Source: Fibrobacterales bacterium
Lineage (GTDB): Bacteria > Fibrobacterota > Fibrobacteria > Fibrobacterales > JAOPTW01
Assembly: GCA_051532055.1 (NCBI GenBank)
Contig: JAOPTX010000017.1
Span: 1-64,000, forward strand
Direction: 5' to 3'
Length of the DNA stretch: 64,000 nucleotides
Both the position numbers and the translations under genes were made by a program. The notes under the pieces are model-generated. The model did not search any database. It was given only the letters and a program-made list of their open reading frames with translations, and was not told the origin of the DNA. Positions 42,123-51,237 of this stretch are shown here, piece by piece (positions within the stretch are counted from its first letter, which is position 1; every line of letters starts with the position of its first letter).

Positions 42123-44039
42123 ATGCCCGTTAAAACACCATACATATTTTTAATTATTACTACTGTAGTTATGACCCTTTCAGCAAGTGTATCCATTAGG
42201 GATACAACATGGGTATTTCGGCAGTATGAAACAGAAGTTCCCTTATTCGACAATGGATATTATCCTGAAAATGGAAACCTATGTAAAGGACCCTGTACTG
42301 TAGGGGGTAAAGGTACCATTGAAATTCCTGATGAAAATGCCAAGATCATCGAGAATGATTTTTTGCGTGTTGTCATTGCTCCGTCGATTGGTGGAAGGGT
42401 CATGTCTATTTATCATAAAGAGAGTAAAACAGAACAGCTCTATCATGCAAATACTGCGGTACCATATCAAGGTCCTCTTGGAGTTTTCTATTATAATCAC
42501 CTCCTAGTACATGGTGGGATCTTGCCAACATTTCCTGGACCTGAGCATGGAAGAACATGGAATCAACATTGGGATATTGAAATTATAGAAGATACTTCTG
42601 AACGCGGTGCGGTTAAAATTAGTTATCTCGATGACCAGAACCGTCAAGCACATGAGTTTAACCCTACCTATAATTTCCCTGTAGAAAAAGACTCAAAGCT
42701 CTATTGTGCAGTAGAAATTTCTTTGGCAGCAGGGCATGCCGCAATGGGATATAAAGTACATTTCGAAAATAAAAATGATCATGCTATTGGGTATGAATTT
42801 TGGACATTGACAACACTTGCTCCCGGCACAGACCCTGACTACACAGCTCTTCCTAAGAACACTCTTATTGTATCGCCCACCAAAAAAGTACAGTTACGAA
42901 ACGACATTTGGGGTTGGATGTCTGATATTGTAAACCCAACAGATGGGGATGGTACTCAGATAAAAGGTGGGGTATTGTCATGGTTTGATAAATCATCGCG
43001 CGTAGATGAGTGGGTTGATGAAGGAATTATGTATGCCTATCCCAAAATGACTAAAGATTGGTGGGGCGCAATTAACCTTGATAATAATACAGGAGTACTC
43101 CGTATTGCACCACATGAGGTTACCCCAGGAATGAAATACTGGTCATGGGGTTTTAAAGCGTTTCAAGATAGTGGTGAACCTGTTGATTTAGATGCTCTTG
43201 ATGAAAATCGGTCTCACATTGAAATCTGGGGCGGTCGTACACGGGAATTTACCGTCCTAGCAGATCCTATTGCTCCTGGCCCAGAGAATGCAATCATCTG
43301 GGATGAATATTATTATCCAACTTTCGAACTTGATACCATACACTTTGCAAATGAGTTTGGGGCCATTCAAGTGAAAGAAAGGAGTGATGATATCGCAGTG
43401 ATGATTTCATCGACTCTTCCTCATCAATTGCATGAAATTTCTATTGGAGGTGCTGCCATTGAGGCTGTTGCGCCTGCAGATAAAGCGATGATTATTGCAG
43501 CAACGACAGGGTGTTTTAGTGACGGTGCATTGATAGAGGTTATAGTTGATGAAAACAAGGTCATAGACTTTAATGAAGCCATTGGAGTGACAGGAGCGGG
43601 CAGCTGTACTCTCACATTAGAACAAGAAGGAGAACAACTATCTAGTTCTGACGCTGTGACTATGAGTTCTGAAGAAATGAGCTCAGCGGATGAAAGTTCA
43701 GAAGATAATATCGGTGATGAAAGTTCTCAAGAGACCATCAGTAGTTCAGCGATTATAGAGTCTTCAGATAGTGGAGACGAACAAAGTTCAGATACAGACG
43801 TGTCGCCTCTTTTAGAGTCAGTATCAGGAGTATATTTTCAAAAGGGTTTAGTGTCGATAGGTAACGTTGCGGCAGATATAACGGTGGTGGATGTGACAGG
43901 AGTACCAGTATACCAATCAAAAGTAAGGGCAGGTTCTACCGTAGCATTATCCCAGTTTATATCTACATCAGGGGCCTATGTTGTTTTTGTTGATGGTATA
44001 AGTAATCGTCAGAAATCCTTTCTTTGGTACAATCAATAA
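42123..44039 (+). CDS. Secreted DUF5107-like protein with Ser/Glu linker and T9SS-like C-terminal domain
   Basis: IENDFLRV..APSIGGRV, GGILPTFPGPEHG; SS-rich linker; C-terminal VVDVTG..V..GAYVV. Confidence 0.65.
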   Translation: MPVKTPYIFLIITTVVMTLSASVSIRDTTWVFRQYETEVPLFDNGYYPENGNLCKGPCTVGGKGTIEIPDENAKIIENDFLRVVIAPSIGGRVMSIYHKESKTEQLYHANTAVPYQGPLGVFYYNHLLVHGGILPTFPGPEHGRTWNQHWDIEIIEDTSERGAVKISYLDDQNRQAHEFNPTYNFPVEKDSKLYCAVEISLAAGHAAMGYKVHFENKNDHAIGYEFWTLTTLAPGTDPDYTALPKNTLIVSPTKKVQLRNDIWGWMSDIVNPTDGDGTQIKGGVLSWFDKSSRVDEWVDEGIMYAYPKMTKDWWGAINLDNNTGVLRIAPHEVTPGMKYWSWGFKAFQDSGEPVDLDALDENRSHIEIWGGRTREFTVLADPIAPGPENAIIWDEYYYPTFELDTIHFANEFGAIQVKERSDDIAVMISSTLPHQLHEISIGGAAIEAVAPADKAMIIAATTGCFSDGALIEVIVDENKVIDFNEAIGVTGAGSCTLTLEQEGEQLSSSDAVTMSSEEMSSADESSEDNIGDESSQETISSSAIIESSDSGDEQSSDTDVSPLLESVSGVYFQKGLVSIGNVAADITVVDVTGVPVYQSKVRAGSTVALSQFISTSGAYVVFVDGISNRQKSFLWYNQ

Positions 44040-44051
44040 AAGAACCATTAA

Positions 44052-44078
44052 ATACAGTCTTCGTTAAGAAGGCTGTAT
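44052..44078. terminator. Hairpin between convergent genes
   Basis: ATACAGTCTTC-GTTAA-GAAGGCTGTAT. Confidence 0.6.
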
Positions 44079-44099
44079 GAGTTTTAAGTATTTCTTTCG

Positions 44100-44528
44100 T
44101 TATCGTTTCACAAAAAACATACCTTGAGAGATATGTTGAAATGAGTCGCGTATGAATTGATACTTGGCCATGAGGGCGTCCATATCATGCCCTGAAAAGA
44201 GCCCAATAAATGCTCCAGGCCCAGTCGATTTAGCGAGATGACTCAGAAGATGATTGAGGATTTCCCGACCACAACCTCGGTGTTGATGATCGGGATGGAT
44301 GATAACATCTTGTATATAATAATAGAGTGCATTATCGCCAACAACTCTTCCAAAGCCAATGACACGTCCCTCATGGGTTAGGCAACAACCATATATGGTA
44401 TGATCAAGCGCCTTTTGCAATTGAGAAGGTAGTGGTGTGTCAAATGCAACTAATGTGGAGAGAGTGGTGAATTCGTGAAGGCTAGGGAGCCGCTCTTCTA
44501 TTAAATATACATCGGTGATTGTGGACAT
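44100..44528 (-). CDS. GNAT acetyltransferase
   Basis: IGFGRVVGD..YYIQDVIIHPDHQHRGCG. Confidence 0.88.
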   Translation of the reverse strand: MSTITDVYLIEERLPSLHEFTTLSTLVAFDTPLPSQLQKALDHTIYGCCLTHEGRVIGFGRVVGDNALYYYIQDVIIHPDHQHRGCGREILNHLLSHLAKSTGPGAFIGLFSGHDMDALMAKYQFIRDSFQHISQGMFFVKR

Positions 44529-44640
44529 ATAATCTCCTCTGTTCTTTTTAGTATACACCTTTTATGTGTGAAACCCTAGTGAAAAGCTATAGAGTTTTTT
44601 GGAGGCCAGAAGCTATTTGAGCTCTTTAATTAAAAGTAGG

Positions 44641-45438
44641 TTAAGAGAGTTGGGGGAACATCTGAATAAAGGCTTTATGAGTCGTTTTATCTAAATAGGG
44701 GTCTTCATCACTGTAGAGTTCTTGCTCTGTGTAACCTGATGCAATTTCGTTAACGACAAGAAAATTACGATCACTATTGATTTTAAAATGGACGCGCCAA
44801 GTACGTGCTCCAAGTTCATAGAGATCAAAATCAGGGTCGAGAAGTGTGATGCGTTTTCGTTTGGAGTTTATAGGGTCTTCAGAAAGCTGAGTCTCTATTA
44901 ATGTGTGAAGGTCATAGTTTGCAGCATGATGAATCCACTCAATTTGTTTTAGCGCACGGGGGGTAATTTCGATTTCAAAGGGTGTATGACTATGGTCTTC
45001 GAGCCAGCCCATAGATGCCATGGGAAAGCTATCTGCATAAGCAAGGTACGGCTTTATATCAACAATGGGGGTACCATCTAAGAGGTCGAAATCTTCTACT
45101 TCTATAGTGAGACCAGTTACCTGAATGAGTTTGACACAGGAGATGCCAATTTGGTTAGGTCGGTAAGGGGCCCTCGTTGCAAATACTCCTCGTTTACCTT
45201 CTCCTCGTGGGGTATTTACTTTGGGCTTCCAGTTATCGTTGCGATCAAAAAGGTATATAAGCCAAACGCGATCAAAAGTGTTGAGGTCTTCGAGGGCTTG
45301 CTCAAAGTTTTGACCGGGATGGAGTTTTATAAATCCTGTCTCACCTCTTCCTTTCAGGGTCCCTTGGCGTGGTGCGAGTTGACGGTATGTGTGATCGCAG
45401 GTAAAGGTGCCAATAGGTGTAATGGTGATGGGCTCCAT
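44641..45438 (-). CDS. trmO: tRNA m6t6A37 methyltransferase TrmO (TsaA)
   Basis: APRQG, GVFATRAPYRPNQIG, DLLDGTPIVDIKPY. Confidence 0.92.
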   Translation of the reverse strand: MEPITITPIGTFTCDHTYRQLAPRQGTLKGRGETGFIKLHPGQNFEQALEDLNTFDRVWLIYLFDRNDNWKPKVNTPRGEGKRGVFATRAPYRPNQIGISCVKLIQVTGLTIEVEDFDLLDGTPIVDIKPYLAYADSFPMASMGWLEDHSHTPFEIEITPRALKQIEWIHHAANYDLHTLIETQLSEDPINSKRKRITLLDPDFDLYELGARTWRVHFKINSDRNFLVVNEIASGYTEQELYSDEDPYLDKTTHKAFIQMFPQLS

Positions 45439-46679
45439 TAGTTGAACCACCCCTTCATAACACTACAGATTTTAAGGAGTTCTTCGTCAGTGATAATATA
45501 GGCAGGGCAGGTATAGAGATAGTTCTCAAAGGGTCTGAGCCATACACCCCGTTCTTGTGCAAAATCTTGCACTCCCTTGAGTGCTGCGGGGTCGATAACC
45601 TCAATGCAAGCCATAGCACCTTTTATGCGGATATCGACAATGGAATCGTGAACAAGAGTGCTCAGAGATCGTTGCAAGAATGACTCAATTGCATGAATCC
45701 GATCGAGGTAATTGTCTTTTTTAAAAACCTCAATACCTTTCAGGGCAATTGCACATGCTGTCGGGTTCCCCATATAGGTTGGTCCATGCATAAAGGCATT
45801 TGAAGGATTCCCATAAAATGTTTCATAGATTTCAGTCGTAGCTAGGGTCGCTGAAAGAGTCAGGTATCCAGCGCTGAGTCCTTTGCCTAATATCATAATA
45901 TCGGGGGTAACTGAAACCTGATCAGCGGCAAAGAGGGTACCCGTTCTTCCAAAACCTGTTGCAACTTCGTCATATATCATGAGTACATTGTGTTTATGAC
46001 AGAGTTTTTGAGCAGCAGCTAAATAGTCTGCACCATGGAGTCTAAAACCGCCAGCTCCTTGCATAAGGGGCTCAACAATCATAGCGGCTATAGAGTCGGC
46101 ACTTTCAGTAAGGATATATTCCAGCTCTTCGAGAGCGGCATTTATTGGTGCCTCAGATGTTTCTGGTGGTGATACAAAAAATTGTTTTGGGAGAAACCCT
46201 TGGAATTTTGCGTGCATGCTGTCATCATCATCCGCTATAGACATGACGGCACAGGTGTCTCCGTGATAAGAATTTTTTAAGGCAATAAAATGATTTTTAG
46301 TCTGAATACCTTTGTTTTTGTGGTATTGTACTGCCATTTTAAGAGCGATTTCAACCCCAACAGATCCACTGTCTCCAAAAAAGACGTGATTCAACCCATC
46401 GGGGGTTATAGAGACTAAAGTGTCTGCCAGGTCATTGGCTGGGGCATGTGTGAGTCCTCCGAGCATGACATGGGGTAGAGTATCCAGTTGTTCTTTTGCA
46501 GCAGTGGTAATTTCAGGATGATTATAACCATGAATGACACACCACCACGAAGAGATAGCATCGATAAGTATTGTGTTATCTTCTAAGGTGAGCTTAACTC
46601 CTTGAGCTGATTTAATAGCAAGGGGTTCTGCCATTGTTTCCATTTGTGCATAAGGGAACCATAAGTGTGGACTACGCAT
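45438..46679 (-). CDS. bioA: Adenosylmethionine-8-amino-7-oxononanoate transaminase
   Basis: HLWFPYAQM, SSWWC, YHGDT, DEVATGFGRTG, GKGL, HGPTYMGNP. Confidence 0.95.
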   Translation of the reverse strand: MRSPHLWFPYAQMETMAEPLAIKSAQGVKLTLEDNTILIDAISSWWCVIHGYNHPEITTAAKEQLDTLPHVMLGGLTHAPANDLADTLVSITPDGLNHVFFGDSGSVGVEIALKMAVQYHKNKGIQTKNHFIALKNSYHGDTCAVMSIADDDDSMHAKFQGFLPKQFFVSPPETSEAPINAALEELEYILTESADSIAAMIVEPLMQGAGGFRLHGADYLAAAQKLCHKHNVLMIYDEVATGFGRTGTLFAADQVSVTPDIMILGKGLSAGYLTLSATLATTEIYETFYGNPSNAFMHGPTYMGNPTACAIALKGIEVFKKDNYLDRIHAIESFLQRSLSTLVHDSIVDIRIKGAMACIEVIDPAALKGVQDFAQERGVWLRPFENYLYTCPAYIITDEELLKICSVMKGWFN

Positions 46680-47538
46680 CACTCTCCTCCAATTCGCCGG
46701 CCATGTATGATGATCGTACAAGGGGGCCTGACATACATTTTTTTATTCCTTTACTTTTTGCATAGGTAGCATATTCATCAAATTCATCGGGATGAACATA
46801 GCGGTCAACTTCTATAAATTCTCTTGCGGGCCGTAAGTATTGTCCTATAGTGAGAATGTCGATAGAGTGCTCAGCCACTTCATCGATATAGTCAAATACT
46901 TCACTCTTAGTTTCACCTAAGCCAACCATAAGACCTGTTTTTGTAGTAAATCCACGTTCTTTCGCATAATCGAGCACTGCAAATGAGTCCTGCCAGTTTG
47001 CTTTTTTACGAATTGTTTTCTGCAGGCGGTGTACTGTTTCGAGGTTGTGGTTAAATACATCGGGGGTAGACTCTAGTACTATATCCAGTAATTCAAGTTT
47101 CCCGTTGAAATCAGGAGTGAGCACTTCTATTTTAATATCTGGATTAAGTTCTCTTGTTTTTAAGATAGTTTGTGCCCAGATTTCGGCCCCTTTATCAGTA
47201 AGGTCATCACGAGTCACTGAGGTGAGGGTGACATACTTGAGTTTCATTGATTTTGCAGAGCGTGCAATTTTAATTGGCTCATTGGTATCTACAGGTCCTG
47301 GCTTTCCTGACTCTACATTGCAGAAACTACAGTGTCGGGTACAAATACCACCGAGAATCATAAAAGTGGCAACACCTTTTGACCAGCATTCGCCTAAATT
47401 TGGGCAACGGGCCTCTTTACAGACCGTATGAAGATTATTGTCATCAACCAATTTCCGGATTTCAGTATACTCTTTGCCACCGCCAATGGTTGCTTTAAGC
47501 CAGTGTGGCTTCTGTATGCGTTTTTCTTGTATTTTCAT
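46672..47538 (-). CDS. lipA: Lipoyl synthase
   Basis: CKEARCPNLGEC, CTRHCSFC, VRSSY. Confidence 0.97.
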   Translation of the reverse strand: MKIQEKRIQKPHWLKATIGGGKEYTEIRKLVDDNNLHTVCKEARCPNLGECWSKGVATFMILGGICTRHCSFCNVESGKPGPVDTNEPIKIARSAKSMKLKYVTLTSVTRDDLTDKGAEIWAQTILKTRELNPDIKIEVLTPDFNGKLELLDIVLESTPDVFNHNLETVHRLQKTIRKKANWQDSFAVLDYAKERGFTTKTGLMVGLGETKSEVFDYIDEVAEHSIDILTIGQYLRPAREFIEVDRYVHPDEFDEYATYAKSKGIKKCMSGPLVRSSYMAGELEESDA

Positions 47539-47545
47539 ATAGAGT

Positions 47546-47553
47546 CAAAGATA
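47546..47553 (-). promoter_or_regulatory. Putative TAnnTTTG promoter element (TATCTTTG) 7 nt before lipA ATG
   Basis: Same 8-mer as upstream of nth. Confidence 0.45.
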
Positions 47554-47723
47554 CCTAAAATTAATTAGTGATCACCTGATTTGAGTAAAAAAGGGAGGTA
47601 TGGGGTTAACTGCTTCAAAGTTGTCAGTTTTGAGAGCGCTTTCTTATAAAATAAGGTGAAATTAGTCTCCTTGTACAGAAAAACTCCTATTTTAGAGTGA
47701 AATACTTCATTGTAAGGTAAACG

Positions 47724-48998
47724 ATGTATATGGTTTTTGATATTAAAAAGACAGTCCGCTTTTTTATGCTCTTAACACTTGTTTTAGGCTTTATTCAGTG
47801 TCAATTAGTAGAAAATGCTGAAGAACAGGCGATAGTGAGTTCTTCAGAGAGTATTAAAAATAGTGAGTCGAGCCAAGGTTCAGATAGACAAGATGCTGTC
47901 AATGAAGAAGCAGAAGATGCTACTGACGAATCACAGGAGGCTGGCTCAGCAACAAATGATGATGTTGCTACTGATACCGGCGAGGCCGATTCTGAAGAGA
48001 CAGCAACTAATGATAAGAATGAGACAGAAGACGGGGCAGGCTTGGATTCTTCTCAGGGAAGTGGCCCAGACAGTGGTGATGCCGATCAAACGACGGATAA
48101 TAGTGGTGAAGAAGATGCTACTCATTCTGATAGCGACTCTAGTGAGGGTGACTCAGGTCAAGATACTACAGGGTCATCTGAAGGAAATGGATCCACAATA
48201 TTTCAGGAATCATGCCCTGCTCAGGATGCTGAAGGTGTTGGAGAGTGCAAAATGTATTTAGGGACTATTTGGAATGGTAGCGAGTGTGTCACTTTGGGCG
48301 GGTGTAGCTGCGAAGGTGATGACTGTGATGAGTTGTTTAAGTCTGAGGATGCATGTAAAGAAAAAATGGAATCGTGCACAGTTACATCTATAGAGCCAGA
48401 GAAATGTAAAGCACAGGACGCTCAAGACGGCCCCAATGCAGCAAATGTTAAGTGTCTTTCTCGATCGTTTTCATGGAATGGCAAAGAGTGTGTTTCTATC
48501 TCATGTGACTGTAAAGGTGATGAGTGTGATGAAATATTTGGTTCAGAAGATGCGTGTAATAAAGAATATAAGACATGTATAGAACCAAGTGAAGGATGTA
48601 CTTCTCCAGATGGAACTCTTGTAAAAATTGGTGATAGTTTTAATGATGGGTGTAATAATCATACCTGTGGTGAAAGCGGCCTCATGATGAGTACAAAACG
48701 TGCATGTGTTGATAAATGCGAATACAACGGCATGTATTATGATTTTAAAGAGACTTTCAAAAGCAGTGATGGCTGTAATAGTTGCTTTTGTAGTGATGGA
48801 GGTGTTGGATGTACTGAGATGGCATGTGTAGAAGACCCGATTTTACTTCCTGTAGAAGAAAAGAATTCAAATGACCAACGTATCTGTCCAACAATATGGG
48901 AACCCGTTTGTGGGGCTGATGGCAAGACCTATTCAAATAAATGTTCTGCAGGAACGGTGAGTATCACAACAAATGGTGAATGTCTTAAAAATAAATGA
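47724..48998 (+). CDS. Cys-rich lipoprotein with acidic linker, two Kunitz-like repeats, two pacifastin/VWC-like modules and a Kazal domain
   Basis: Lipobox-like FIQC; 30 Cys in the C-terminal 260 aa; CNSCFC..G..CTEMAC; CPTIWEPVCGADGKTYSNKC. Confidence 0.75.
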   Translation: MYMVFDIKKTVRFFMLLTLVLGFIQCQLVENAEEQAIVSSSESIKNSESSQGSDRQDAVNEEAEDATDESQEAGSATNDDVATDTGEADSEETATNDKNETEDGAGLDSSQGSGPDSGDADQTTDNSGEEDATHSDSDSSEGDSGQDTTGSSEGNGSTIFQESCPAQDAEGVGECKMYLGTIWNGSECVTLGGCSCEGDDCDELFKSEDACKEKMESCTVTSIEPEKCKAQDAQDGPNAANVKCLSRSFSWNGKECVSISCDCKGDECDEIFGSEDACNKEYKTCIEPSEGCTSPDGTLVKIGDSFNDGCNNHTCGESGLMMSTKRACVDKCEYNGMYYDFKETFKSSDGCNSCFCSDGGVGCTEMACVEDPILLPVEEKNSNDQRICPTIWEPVCGADGKTYSNKCSAGTVSITTNGECLKNK

Positions 48999-49027
48999 CA
49001 TGAGTTAAACAATTGTAGCATTGGTAA

Positions 49028-49071
49028 GTAATACAGAAGGGGCCCTCAATTGAGGGCCCCTTCTGTATTAC
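49028..49071. terminator. Perfect 44 bp palindrome, probable bidirectional terminator
   Basis: GTAATACAGAAGGGGCCCTCAA|TTGAGGGCCCCTTCTGTATTAC between convergent genes. Confidence 0.75.
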
Positions 49072-49101
49072 GCTTTTTGTCATGTCTTAGGAGTGGTAAA
49101 A

Positions 49102-50223
49102 TTACTGCCCGCCCCATTTAAAGAGTTTTAAGTTTCCGGCAGGCACCGCCCAAATAATCAAAGGGATGTGGATTATAAATGCAGGGAGTGCAAAGATTAG
49201 CAAATGGCTACTTTTTAGCTTGCGGGCACCAATAATAAGAAAGATTAAATCAAGAACGAGCTTTATTACAAGTGGCCCAAAGGCATACAGAGATGGGAGC
49301 AGGCCTGCCCAAAAGAGAAGGGGAGCAATAGCAAGGTAGACAATAAAGCTATAGGCCACGAATATGGTGAGTACATAAAAGGTGCTTTCATAGCTGGTTG
49401 AATTACTTGCCCAGCGAGCGCGTTGACTAAAGAGTCCACTCCATGAGTTAACTGCTCCTGTGAGTACTTGTGCGTCGGGGTCCAAATTATAGCAGACATC
49501 TTTTGCCTGTTTACTCATTTTTTGAACGAGCATATCATCATCACCAGATATATATTGGTGCTGACCTTCAAAGCCACCAACTCCTTCGTAAAGTTTTCTG
49601 AGATACCCCAGTGATGGAGCACTTGCAACCATGGGTACTTTTAAGGAGAAAAATGAGGCTTCAATAAGGGTGAGCGCGAGGGTCTCAAGTTTTTGATATA
49701 GGTGAACAAGTGACCGCCCTCCTCGTATTTTCTTTGGCCCTTGTACAATTTCTATGGAATCATGAAAATTTTGGGACATAGAAGTGAGCCAACCAACAGG
49801 AGGTATACAGTCAGCATCAATACTCATGAAGAGTTCATGAGAGGCATGGGCAAAACCTGTCTCAAGTGCCCTTTTTTTGGGTGAGGTTACTCGCTCTGCT
49901 TCTTGGGCAATTGATAGGACGGAGAAGTTATTTTGGGTCGTGGAAAACTCAGTAATAAGTTCAAGAGTGTTGTCAGTTGAGCGGTCATCAACACATAATA
50001 CCTCCCATTTACCGGGATAATTTTGAGCGGCTAGTGCTTTAAGAGTGATAAGTGCGTGTTTTTCTTCATTGTATAAAGGGACAACGACGCTTATACTGGG
50101 GAGGAGAGATGGCTTTTTCCGACGATCTTTAAGGGTAAGCACACCAAAAATAAAAAAAAGTAGAATTCCTCCGTAAGAAAGTGTTAATATAGTAAGGAGA
50201 TATCCGAGTGATATAAGTAGCAT
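49102..50223 (-). CDS. GT2 family glycosyltransferase, membrane-bound
   Basis: PLYNEE, DDRSTD, DADC, GDD, QRARW. Confidence 0.92.
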   Translation of the reverse strand: MLLISLGYLLTILTLSYGGILLFFIFGVLTLKDRRKKPSLLPSISVVVPLYNEEKHALITLKALAAQNYPGKWEVLCVDDRSTDNTLELITEFSTTQNNFSVLSIAQEAERVTSPKKRALETGFAHASHELFMSIDADCIPPVGWLTSMSQNFHDSIEIVQGPKKIRGGRSLVHLYQKLETLALTLIEASFFSLKVPMVASAPSLGYLRKLYEGVGGFEGQHQYISGDDDMLVQKMSKQAKDVCYNLDPDAQVLTGAVNSWSGLFSQRARWASNSTSYESTFYVLTIFVAYSFIVYLAIAPLLFWAGLLPSLYAFGPLVIKLVLDLIFLIIGARKLKSSHLLIFALPAFIIHIPLIIWAVPAGNLKLFKWGGQ

Positions 50224-50385
50224 GCCGTTCGCAAATCATTGAATTGTTGGGGTATAATAGCAAAAATGTGGTTGAAATCACATAGTTGCTCCAACAATGT
50301 GATGGAAATCACGTTTCAATTACGGTTCCTTGTCAGGGTAGGTATTTTTTTTAACATTGCAGAAAGAATAATTGTAGAGGTGCGC

Positions 50386-51222
50386 ATGATTGCAAAATTA
50401 ATGGGAGTAGTATTGGTAGTGGTTGTTACTATATCTGCTCAAATTCAAAGTGTTGATGGTGTCGGAACTGTTGACTGGAATAAACGAGTAGTAACTGCTG
50501 TTGGTATTGGCGTCCCAAATCCATCAGCACCGGCAGTGGCCGCACGCCCAATGGCTATTCGCGCTGCGCGTCAGGTCGCTCTCAGAAATGCACTGGAGCT
50601 CATTAAAGGTATTCATATTGATGGTGAGACCACAATCGAAAACTTCATGGTTAAGAGCGACGTGGTTCAATCACAAGTTGAAGGGTATATTCGGTCATTT
50701 AAAATGGGCGCTCCTAAATATATGAGTGATAAAAGTATCGAAGTATTGGTTGAGGTCCCTCTGTCAGCTGCACTTTTAGAACAAGTACTGCCACAGACTG
50801 TTGCTCAGCCTACATCGGTGGCGCCGGTTCCTGCCCCAGTTGAAGCTATTGAATCGAGCGTTAAGCCTTTGGCGAATGAACAATATACCGGTCTTATAAT
50901 TGACGCTCGTGGTTTGGGTGTTATGCCATCACTCGGGCCTAAGCTTTTTAATGAAAAGGGGACTGAAATTTATGGATCTGCTAATGTTACCCGTTCATTT
51001 GCAGTTAAGTGGGGAATGGCTGGGTATGCAAAAACTCCAGAACAAGCCAAAAAGATGGTCGATCGTTTGGGTGAAAATCCTGGAATAATTAAAGCAAAAA
51101 AAGGTACTGGAGCGAGTCGATGTGATTTAGTACTCAAAAACAAAGATGCAGAAAGTATTGTTGCGGCAGCTGAATCAATGAAATTCTTGGCTGATTGCCG
51201 TGTAGTTATTTTAGTAGACTAA
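50386..51222 (+). CDS. Secreted LPP20-like domain protein
   Basis: Signal peptide; AIRAARQVALRNALE..GIHID.ETTIENF; C-terminal YTGLIIDARG domain. Confidence 0.65.
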   Translation: MIAKLMGVVLVVVVTISAQIQSVDGVGTVDWNKRVVTAVGIGVPNPSAPAVAARPMAIRAARQVALRNALELIKGIHIDGETTIENFMVKSDVVQSQVEGYIRSFKMGAPKYMSDKSIEVLVEVPLSAALLEQVLPQTVAQPTSVAPVPAPVEAIESSVKPLANEQYTGLIIDARGLGVMPSLGPKLFNEKGTEIYGSANVTRSFAVKWGMAGYAKTPEQAKKMVDRLGENPGIIKAKKGTGASRCDLVLKNKDAESIVAAAESMKFLADCRVVILVD

Positions 51223-51237
51223 TTAAGGAAAATAGAT

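Noticed and set aside
47800..48200. Acidic low-complexity stretch as a DNA tandem repeat
   Set aside because: No exact nucleotide periodicity; it is a protein linker
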